Source: a virus (taxonomy: Duplodnaviria > Caudoviricetes). Taken from it: DNA of 64,000 bases. Positions 26,866-34,440 of the stretch are shown one piece after another; position 1 is the stretch's first letter; every line of letters begins with the position of its first letter. The notes below the pieces were generated by a model, which worked only from the letters and a program-made list of their open reading frames with translations, had not been told where the DNA came from and did not search any database. A program made the translations under genes and the position numbers. Where the stretch lies: positions 65,635-129,634 of IMG/VR virus record IMGVR_UViG_3300014204_000124; one strand, 5' to 3'.

Positions 26866-28248
26866 ATGGCGAAGAAGGAAGTCGCGCCTCTGCCGACGAA
26901 GGCGGAGCGGTTCCGTCTGAATCAGATGGCTCTGTCCGATAAGTTCGGGGAAGGGTCTGCGTACATTCCAGGCGGGGGTGTGCTGCATGTTCCGAGAGTG
27001 CCTACCGGGTCGCTCCGCCTAGATTACGCCACGGGGGGCGGGCTCGTCGTGGGTAAGACGATCACAATCTACGGTGGTGAGTCGAGCGGGAAGACATCGT
27101 TGGTTCTGCGGTTCATAGCGAGTGCGCAGCGGTACTGCTCAAACTGTTGGCGGGTTCCGGTCACTGCGACGTTGTTGACGTTGGAGAGCGGGGCAACGGT
27201 GGTTTCTGCTCCTGACGGTGTTGGTGGTTATGTCGACCTTTTGACGGGGAAGAGTGTGCCTCTGGAGAAGATCGAACAGACCGTGGGGACGATTCCGTTC
27301 TGCGATTGCTACAAGCAGAAGCTGTTTGTGCCCAAGATGCTTCCTGGGGAGAAGGATGACTTCGAGCCGAAGGACGATTTTGAGCGGCGTGTGGAATTAT
27401 ACCGGATCAACTCGTTTGAACCGGTTCTGGCGACATACAACGACGTGGAAGGGGATCTGGATGTTCCGTGGGCGAGGACATTGGGCGTTGACCTGGACCG
27501 TCTTGCCATAAGCACGGGGGACACTGGGGAGGAAGTTGCCGATGTAGTGGCTTACCAGATTCAGTCGTGCAACACCGATATTGTCGTGGTTGATTCGCTG
27601 GCGATGATGACTCCCACTACTGAGTTGGAGGATTCGGCTAATGATTCGAGGGTGGGGGTTCAGCCCCGGCTGTTGAACCATTGCATGAGGGTGTGGACGC
27701 AGGCTAGAGTGAACGCATGGAGGAAACACGGTCGCAGGGTGACGGTAATTTTGGTGAACCAGTGGCGAATGAAGATCGACAAATTCGGCGGCGGTCCCCA
27801 GGTTGTAGGTGGCATGGGGCAGCGTTTCGTTGGTTCGATCCAACTGAGGTGCTGGGAAGGGAAAGCCGGAGTCAGCGATTTTGACGTTGGGAAGAAGGGG
27901 TCTGAATTCCAGATGGCCCGGACGGCCCGGACCTGCTTCAAGGTCGAGAAGAACAAGACGTTTGGTTCGAAGGGTGTCGAGGGCGAGATAGACTTCTATG
28001 TCCGCAACTGTGCGGACGGCAAGATAGGTGAAGTGGACGAGTTTGATGACATGTGGCGATTGGCCAAATATTTCAAGGTTGTAGATAAAACTGAAAAACC
28101 GGTGAAGTGGGTTGTTTTTGGCAGGGAGTTCGAAACTGAAACGGCGGGGAAAGCGGCTGTTCGTGCCGATGCCGAGTTTAGGTTTGCGATGCGAGAGCAT
28201 CTTCTAGGGCTCATGCTTAGGAAGATAGATATGGAAGGAGCGAAGTAA
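26866..28248 (+). CDS. recA: RecA/UvsX recombinase with a ~95-aa Cys-containing insertion
   Basis: PTGSLRLDYATGGG, YGGESSGKT, LGVDLDRL, VVVDSL, VNQWR, KVEKNK. Confidence 0.93.
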   Translation: MAKKEVAPLPTKAERFRLNQMALSDKFGEGSAYIPGGGVLHVPRVPTGSLRLDYATGGGLVVGKTITIYGGESSGKTSLVLRFIASAQRYCSNCWRVPVTATLLTLESGATVVSAPDGVGGYVDLLTGKSVPLEKIEQTVGTIPFCDCYKQKLFVPKMLPGEKDDFEPKDDFERRVELYRINSFEPVLATYNDVEGDLDVPWARTLGVDLDRLAISTGDTGEEVADVVAYQIQSCNTDIVVVDSLAMMTPTTELEDSANDSRVGVQPRLLNHCMRVWTQARVNAWRKHGRRVTVILVNQWRMKIDKFGGGPQVVGGMGQRFVGSIQLRCWEGKAGVSDFDVGKKGSEFQMARTARTCFKVEKNKTFGSKGVEGEIDFYVRNCADGKIGEVDEFDDMWRLAKYFKVVDKTEKPVKWVVFGREFETETAGKAAVRADAEFRFAMREHLLGLMLRKIDMEGAK

Positions 28249-28799
28249 TGGTGAGCAAGCTGTTTCGGGAACTGAACGGGAACGGGGTGGTAGTTGGCAA
28301 AAAAGCTCCGGTGAAGCAGGAGTCGTCTATCGCGAAGCGAGAGGGCGGGAAGGTTCACAGAAGGTCGGGGGCTGGCATTGTGAAGTGGGATGGGAGCAGC
28401 AAGGATAAGGTCTGGGATGCGAAGCATACGGATGGTGACACGATCCGTCTCCCTCGTGCGATGCTTACAGAGATCAACGCTACGGCGTGGGCGAAGGGGA
28501 AGTGGCCGTTTTTTGAGCTTGAATTCTCGAAGGCAGACCGGGCGTTTGGGACCCATTGGTTCTTGCTTCCGCTGCCTGTCTATCATGATATCGGCGGGGT
28601 TAGTATTGACGGCGTCTACTTCCACCGTGTCCCGACGAAGGGGCCGAGCCTCGGGGTTTCGCTCCCGTTGTTGAGGCGTGCTTCCGAGCTTGCGAAGGGA
28701 GACGGGAAGTTGCTTTGGCTCGTCTGTTACGAAGATTCTTTAGGTGACAACTGGGTTCTCATCGGTCGTGAGTTGAAGGAGAAGTTGCGATGGCAATGA
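28248..28799 (+). CDS. putative PD-(D/E)xK resolvase-like protein
   Basis: E..IAKR.GG....SGAG..K.D......DAK.T. Confidence 0.6.
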   Translation: MVSKLFRELNGNGVVVGKKAPVKQESSIAKREGGKVHRRSGAGIVKWDGSSKDKVWDAKHTDGDTIRLPRAMLTEINATAWAKGKWPFFELEFSKADRAFGTHWFLLPLPVYHDIGGVSIDGVYFHRVPTKGPSLGVSLPLLRRASELAKGDGKLLWLVCYEDSLGDNWVLIGRELKEKLRWQ

Positions 28800-29242
28800 G
28801 TAGGAAGGAAAAGTTGTTGAGAATGATCAACGGGATGGTTGAACAGGTTCGGGTATCAGTTCCAGAACATACTAGGTTATCTGAGGATAGGTCAGGCAAT
28901 GTAGTCTTGGACCAGATTATCAAGACCGGGCTAGATTGGTTGAAGAGCCATGGGATAGAACGTCCGTTAGAACCTCTTGCGCTTGCGTTGCAGGAGGATG
29001 AGCGATATGAAAAGGTACGCGGTGTAGAACCTGGGCAGCATTGGCCATACTTATTGGTGGCGATGCGTGTCATTGAGTTGTTGGGAATGGTGGGATGGTG
29101 GAAGATGTTCAATGACAATCCAAGCGACGATATTGAGCCGCCATTATGGTTGACTCGAATCGGGAAGAATACTAGAGAGGCAGCGCAGGATTATTGTCGC
29201 CTTATGTTGGAAGATGCGGGACTTTTGAAGCGGTTGAGGTGA
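28790..29242 (+). CDS. hypothetical protein
   Basis: Coupled ORF. Confidence 0.55.
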   Translation: MAMSRKEKLLRMINGMVEQVRVSVPEHTRLSEDRSGNVVLDQIIKTGLDWLKSHGIERPLEPLALALQEDERYEKVRGVEPGQHWPYLLVAMRVIELLGMVGWWKMFNDNPSDDIEPPLWLTRIGKNTREAAQDYCRLMLEDAGLLKRLR

Positions 29243-29247
29243 GGGAA

Positions 29248-30228
29248 ATGGTAGAATCATTAGTAGATGTCGTCTCCGAAATTTTGGGAGTGAGAGGCGA
29301 ACCTTCTGTTCGCACGGTAGATTTTGCTGATTGTTTGGCCACGTCTACTACCAGAACCAGGATTACTAAGCCCATACGGTCGGATTCGATATTGGGCACT
29401 TACGATTTCGGGAAGTTGTGCGTGTGGGAGGAGATTCTGTGTGCGAGGCATGGAGTGACGCGTACGCGTAAGGAAACGGCCAAGGACAGGTGGACATTCG
29501 GGATAGGCCGTGCATATCACTGGATGTTTCAGAATGCGATGTTCGTGGCACCAGGGACTTCTACAACAACTCGTGACGAGAATGGAAGCCGGGTAGACGT
29601 GTATGACTCTCGGGAGTCAATGTTTTTGGGATGGTGGAAGTGTGAAGGTTGTGCCAGGGTAGAGGCGGGGACTCTTGACGATGGTTCGGGGGGAAGGGCT
29701 ATTGCCAAGGGTGTGAACAGTTGGATATCTAGGCCCCTGAAGTGTCCGAAGTGTGGTTGGGGTGAGTTTACGTACTTTGAACCAGTCCATGTCCGGGAAG
29801 GGTTCAAATCGCATAGTGACGGCGGTATTTGGTGGAAGGGGAAGGTTTACCACCTTGAATTCAAGTCGACGAACAAGTTCAATTTTGGTCGGATTTGTAC
29901 GGCGCCCATGCCGGAGCATTTAGTCCAGGTCGCCCTGAATCAGCTCACGAGCGGGGCCGAGCAGAGCTTACTAGTGTATGTATGCTATGATGATCCTGTA
30001 TGGAAAAATGCGGTAAAAACCTACGAGGTACAGCGGGATGAGGACTTTATTCGAAAGCAACTGTTCAAGGCCCGGCAGATCCGGGAGTGGATTGGTGAAG
30101 GGCGGAAGGGGCTCCCTAAAGGAGGGGGAATCTGCCTTGCTGCCTCTGTTCCGGCGGCTTGCCCAAGAGCCAAAGGGTGTGCTGTTGCCGAGCACTGCCC
30201 CGTACATAATGGGACTAGATTTGTCTGA
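29248..30228 (+). CDS. Cas4-like PD-(D/E)xK exonuclease with Zn-ribbon insertion
   Basis: N-terminal Cys, GRAYH, HSDG...LEFKS, H..Q, C-terminal C..C..C cluster. Confidence 0.8.
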   Translation: MVESLVDVVSEILGVRGEPSVRTVDFADCLATSTTRTRITKPIRSDSILGTYDFGKLCVWEEILCARHGVTRTRKETAKDRWTFGIGRAYHWMFQNAMFVAPGTSTTTRDENGSRVDVYDSRESMFLGWWKCEGCARVEAGTLDDGSGGRAIAKGVNSWISRPLKCPKCGWGEFTYFEPVHVREGFKSHSDGGIWWKGKVYHLEFKSTNKFNFGRICTAPMPEHLVQVALNQLTSGAEQSLLVYVCYDDPVWKNAVKTYEVQRDEDFIRKQLFKARQIREWIGEGRKGLPKGGGICLAASVPAACPRAKGCAVAEHCPVHNGTRFV

Positions 30229-30691
30229 GACGGCGACGGGGATTACTGTGATTGACGATTGTGCCAGAGTTTGCTATGAGGATACTACCGGGTTTGGGCT
30301 GTCTCGGGATGCGCCTGAACCGGCCAGGGTCCAGAGAATTTGCACGATACGAGATTCTGTTCTGCGACCGTTTAATAGGTTCCCGATTTCTCGGGTGTGG
30401 ATTGAGGGGTATGCTTTCAGCAAGGCGGGGTCGTCGAGTGTTACGGGGTTGGCAGAGGTTCGTGGAGCGGTCAAGGCGGCGTTGTTCGATAAGTTTGGGT
30501 TAGCGACTGAGGCTGTCGGGCCGAGGCAGTGCCGTGCGGTCGTGTTGGGCAAGGGATGGGGCGGGGCGAGGACGAAGAAGCAGATCCGTGATTTTTTGAT
30601 AGGTCACGGGTTGAATTTCGAGAACCACAATACGATGGACGCTTTTGTGGTAGCTGCCTACGGGCTTTTGCAAGACACAGGCAGAGTGTGA
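30209..30691 (+). CDS. ruvC: RuvC-like Holliday junction resolvase
   Basis: GLDLSETATG, WIEGYAF, LAEVRG, HNTMDA; start may lie slightly upstream. Confidence 0.85.
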   Translation: MGLDLSETATGITVIDDCARVCYEDTTGFGLSRDAPEPARVQRICTIRDSVLRPFNRFPISRVWIEGYAFSKAGSSSVTGLAEVRGAVKAALFDKFGLATEAVGPRQCRAVVLGKGWGGARTKKQIRDFLIGHGLNFENHNTMDAFVVAAYGLLQDTGRV

Positions 30692-30699
30692 GCATAACC

Positions 30700-30717
30700 G
30701 GCGCAATTGATTGCGCC
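30700..30717. promoter_or_regulatory. 18-bp palindromic operator-like site
   Basis: GGCGCAATTGATTGCGCC in an intergenic gap, 2 nt before the AAGGAG RBS. Confidence 0.7.
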
Positions 30718-30731
30718 ACAAGGAGTTGATT

Positions 30732-31811
30732 ATGGATGAGCTTAGCAGTGTTGTTGAAATTCGGTATTTGGGGTTGTTGGAGTACATCAAGGAGCATGGA
30801 TTCGAGCGTGGGTTCACGGTTCATGATGTTATGGATTATGTGGATTTGGAAACGGAGCAGTCTGCGGCTGAGCCTGCGATAATGAGGCAGGTGCTTACTG
30901 AGATGGTGGAAGGGCGGATGTTGTCGACCCTGGAAGTCGGGGAAGACGGTGAATCGCGATGGGCAGTGGAAGTCCCTGCTGTAATTGGTGCGTCGGAGAT
31001 AATGTCGGAATCGGAGAAGGACGAGGCGGGGGCTGTGCTGCGTCAGCTTTCGGCGCTGAAGCAATCTGTTGGTGAGAAGTTCTACCTTATGGGCGGCCTT
31101 CTAAGGCAGGTGTCGTTAAAGGAATACTGGAAGAAGGAGGGGTTCAAGTCGTTTGCTGAGTACGTAGAAACGAATCTTGACCTCAAGTTGAGAATGGCAG
31201 AGTATCTGATTCAGATCAACGAATACTATGGTAGTTTAGCTCTCAAGTCACCGCAGTCTGGGGTTATTCCCAAGATCTCGTCTCTTGGGGTGACCAAGGC
31301 CATACAGCTTGTGGGCATCGTCGATGGCGACAACATTGGTGATTGGGTTAAGAGGGCGCATGGATTATCGGTGAAGGAATTAAAGAATGCTGTGGCGAAG
31401 GAGAGGGGGGGCGATATTCCCAAGGCTAAAGGGGCGGATAGTTCCGCTTCTATAGGCGAGGTTTTCACCCGGATGACGTTTCAACTAGCAGAGAACCAGT
31501 TGCAGAATGTCAACGCTGCGTTAGAGGTTCTCAGGCAAGAGGCGAACAGTGATAAGCCTGGACACTTGTTGGATGTGATGGCAACGTTGGTGTTATCGCA
31601 CTTTTCCGATAATTCTCCATTTGCCATTGTCCTTGAGCAAGTAGAGCGAGCGACAGGGGGGCTCTGTGTGTTCTTCGAGGCCGGGGGCTCGTGCCAGTAC
31701 GGGCAAGAAACTTTGGAACGTGTAGCGGCCCAGATCCGTTCTGAGGTCAATTCGGACGGGGAAGAGGACGCCGATTTGGAAGAGGAAGACGTTTCAGGCG
31801 ATAGCGACTAG
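30732..31811 (+). CDS. putative DNA-binding protein (wHTH plus helical domain)
   Basis: FTVHDV...RQVLTEMVEGRML wHTH-like; YLMGGLL...YW...GFKSFAEYV motif; acidic tail. Confidence 0.65.
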   Translation: MDELSSVVEIRYLGLLEYIKEHGFERGFTVHDVMDYVDLETEQSAAEPAIMRQVLTEMVEGRMLSTLEVGEDGESRWAVEVPAVIGASEIMSESEKDEAGAVLRQLSALKQSVGEKFYLMGGLLRQVSLKEYWKKEGFKSFAEYVETNLDLKLRMAEYLIQINEYYGSLALKSPQSGVIPKISSLGVTKAIQLVGIVDGDNIGDWVKRAHGLSVKELKNAVAKERGGDIPKAKGADSSASIGEVFTRMTFQLAENQLQNVNAALEVLRQEANSDKPGHLLDVMATLVLSHFSDNSPFAIVLEQVERATGGLCVFFEAGGSCQYGQETLERVAAQIRSEVNSDGEEDADLEEEDVSGDSD

Positions 31812-31813
31812 GC

Positions 31814-31846
31814 TTGTTGTTTTTGTGCGATTCGGTTATTCTGTAA
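31814..31846 (+). promoter_or_regulatory. putative promoter for the packaging operon
   Basis: TTGTTG-17nt-TATTCT-GTAA, a variant of the repeated motif. Confidence 0.5.
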
Positions 31847-31874
31847 TTGGGGCCAACCCCAGGTGGAGGCAATT

Positions 31875-32459
31875 GTGGCGGGCAACGTAGTCCAATTTGA
31901 GGAAGTTGTTCTCCAGAAGTTGAAGTGCATTGATGTTGTTATGGCCCATCTTAGAAGCGGCGGGTCACCGGAGGCTCTCGCCATTTATATCCAGGAGAGT
32001 AGTAGAGAATTGGTGAGCATGGACCGTGGGGCTCTTGTGTCGATGTTGGCGGGTGTGCAGGCCCGTCTGCTGGCGATGGTGGAGCCTGAGCGGCTTTTGC
32101 GTAGAGTTGATCCGGTGGAAGAGTGTGATCGCCTGTACGATATACAGGTGACTCGATTGCGGTGGATGCTTGTTCTGGAATCAGAAGCCCAATTCCCGTT
32201 GAAGAACTTTCCCTCCGAAATGAAGGTAGCGAAGGATTTGTTGGTAGCGAAGGGGCTTCTCCAGGGTTCGATAGGTGGTCTTAACATGTCGGAGGGAGAG
32301 CAACAGGATGCCAGGATGAGGGAGTTAGAATCAAAGTATGGTAGCACTATCGTTGGTTTATTGAGTCAGCAGGGGACTCGTCGTCGGATGCTTGGCGTAT
32401 TGGATGCGATACGGGCTGAGACGAGTATGAAGGAAGGCGACGATGGCTCTGAAGGATAG
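31875..32459 (+). CDS. probable terminase small subunit
   Basis: Helical ORF overlapping the terL start; GGAGG RBS; assignment by position only. Confidence 0.55.
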   Translation: MAGNVVQFEEVVLQKLKCIDVVMAHLRSGGSPEALAIYIQESSRELVSMDRGALVSMLAGVQARLLAMVEPERLLRRVDPVEECDRLYDIQVTRLRWMLVLESEAQFPLKNFPSEMKVAKDLLVAKGLLQGSIGGLNMSEGEQQDARMRELESKYGSTIVGLLSQQGTRRRMLGVLDAIRAETSMKEGDDGSEG

Positions 32460-34440
32460 AGTATACCGGCGGAGGAGTTATCGCACGAGGGAGGAGGTCG
32501 ACGAACAGTTACTTGCTGAGTTGAAGCGTTTAGATCCGAGCGAGCTGGATTTACTCCGGTCTATGTTCAAAAATCCAGAGTTGATATCTGCGATGGCTGA
32601 TTTGGAGTACGACGAGGTCCCTGTTTCTCCCGAGGTTTTTCTCAATGATGATAGGTACTATGGGTTATTTGGCAGGTACATGCACCAGTGCCTGAAGGAA
32701 GATTTCATTGATTTGTTTACCTATGGGTACGATGAGGTGACGTTGTCGGGGAGTCTGGGTTGGGGCAAGAGTTTTTTCAGTATTGGTTGTGTGTCTTACG
32801 ATGTTTATCGGACTCTGTGTTTGCGCGATCCTCAGAAGAGTTACGGTTTAGCTCGTGGGAGCAGAATTATTATGGCTGTCATTTCTCTTTCGATAGAACA
32901 TGCTCGTTTAGGTGTGATTGAGGATTTGGCTACCAGGATGAGGACGTGCCCTATGTTTCTGCGGCACAATGTCCAGATCAAGAAGTCGGGTATCTACTTT
33001 CCTGCCAAGAACGTGGTGATATTACCTGAGAACTACGCTGCTAAGCGAATCATCGGGTTGAACGTCTTTTCAGCATTCATTGATGAAGCCAACTTTGCCA
33101 AGAAATCACGGGGAGTTGAGGGGGGGCGGCGGACGGTTACTGGTCAGGCGAAGGAGGTTTATGAGTCTGTGATGCGGCGTAGAAAGTCGAGGTATATGAC
33201 GGGGGGGAAATTGCCAGGGTTGTGTATTATTGTGAGTTCTGCGACAACTCAGTCAGCCTTTACTGAGGAGAAGATGCAGGAAGCGAAGGGCAACCCTAAT
33301 ATTTTTGTCAGAACCTATGCAACTTGGGACGTAAAGCCTGCTGCGTTTTCGAAGGGTTCTTTTTACGTTCTAGTCGCTTCGGGCGGCAGGAATTGCAGGA
33401 TTCTTGAGCCGGACGAAGTGGAGTATTACCGTTCTAAGGAGGACACGAAGGGGGAGGATTCTGTTCTCGTTGTGGAGGTTCCCAACGAATACAGGTCTGA
33501 TTTTGATAAGAACCTGATAGACAGTTTGCGTGAGATAGCGGGCATCCCCGCTGATGCGATCATGCACCTATTACCAGATCATCGTGTGATAGATGCGAGC
33601 GTCTCCCCTGGATGGGGGCAGGAACTGGAGTTTGGGTTTACGACGAGGGAATGGGAGTGCGAGTCTGAGGGGGGGTTCGTTTGGGACCGCTTGTGCATTA
33701 GGAAAAACGTAGAGGTTGCTTCGGGTTATTGGGAGCCTCAGTGGGTTCCTAAGTTGAACCCTGAGACGCCGAGGTTCGCCCATATTGATACGTCGGTGAG
33801 CGGGGATGCTACGGGGCTTTGTGTGGGTCATGTGGCTGGCTATACCGAAGTGAAGAGAAGGGACAGCGATTTGGTTGAGTATACTGAGATAGCGCCTCGT
33901 ATTATTATCGACGTGATATTGCGGATATTGCCTCCGCCTGGGGGGGAGATTCGCCTGGGTGCTGTTCGCGCTTTGCTGTATGAAATGCAAGCGCATGGCT
34001 TTGTTTTTGCTCAGGTGAGCACAGATGGCTATCAAAGCGTGGACACGCGGCAGAAATTAGTAGAACATGGGATCAGATCTGAGTTAGTGTCTCTAGATAG
34101 AGACGATGTGGGGTATATGAAGTTGAAATCGGCGTTGGTGGAACATCGTGTGTTGCGTCCCGCTTTCCCACATTTGGAGTGGGAATTGCAGCATTTGCGC
34201 CATTTTCGGGAGTTGAGGAAGGTCGACCACCCGGACACGACCATTGACAACAGAATCCCCTGCAAGGATGTCGCGGACGCTCTTGCGGGGGTGGTTTCCC
34301 AGATAGAGATGAAGCGTCCTGGTATGCGGTCGCTGGCGGTTCCGCCTGCGGAAGATTTTGGTATGGACGAAGATGACGATTTGTGGGTCACAGGTGGCAT
34401 GAGGGTGGTCCAGAAGGGAGAGCCACTCAGGAGGCTGTAA
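32443..34440 (+). CDS. terL: terminase large subunit
   Basis: GSLGWGKS, AFIDEANF, IVSS, HIDTS, DGYQS, KDVADA. Confidence 0.9.
   Translation: MALKDRVYRRRSYRTREEVDEQLLAELKRLDPSELDLLRSMFKNPELISAMADLEYDEVPVSPEVFLNDDRYYGLFGRYMHQCLKEDFIDLFTYGYDEVTLSGSLGWGKSFFSIGCVSYDVYRTLCLRDPQKSYGLARGSRIIMAVISLSIEHARLGVIEDLATRMRTCPMFLRHNVQIKKSGIYFPAKNVVILPENYAAKRIIGLNVFSAFIDEANFAKKSRGVEGGRRTVTGQAKEVYESVMRRRKSRYMTGGKLPGLCIIVSSATTQSAFTEEKMQEAKGNPNIFVRTYATWDVKPAAFSKGSFYVLVASGGRNCRILEPDEVEYYRSKEDTKGEDSVLVVEVPNEYRSDFDKNLIDSLREIAGIPADAIMHLLPDHRVIDASVSPGWGQELEFGFTTREWECESEGGFVWDRLCIRKNVEVASGYWEPQWVPKLNPETPRFAHIDTSVSGDATGLCVGHVAGYTEVKRRDSDLVEYTEIAPRIIIDVILRILPPPGGEIRLGAVRALLYEMQAHGFVFAQVSTDGYQSVDTRQKLVEHGIRSELVSLDRDDVGYMKLKSALVEHRVLRPAFPHLEWELQHLRHFRELRKVDHPDTTIDNRIPCKDVADALAGVVSQIEMKRPGMRSLAVPPAEDFGMDEDDDLWVTGGMRVVQKGEPLRRL

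Noticed and set aside
27133-27425. RecA insertion as an intein
   Set aside because: No block A start, TxxH or terminal HN-C/S/T motif
29248-30228. CRISPR-Cas system suggested by the Cas4-like gene
   Set aside because: No cas1/cas2, effector genes or array; solo Cas4-like nucleases are common in phage recombination modules
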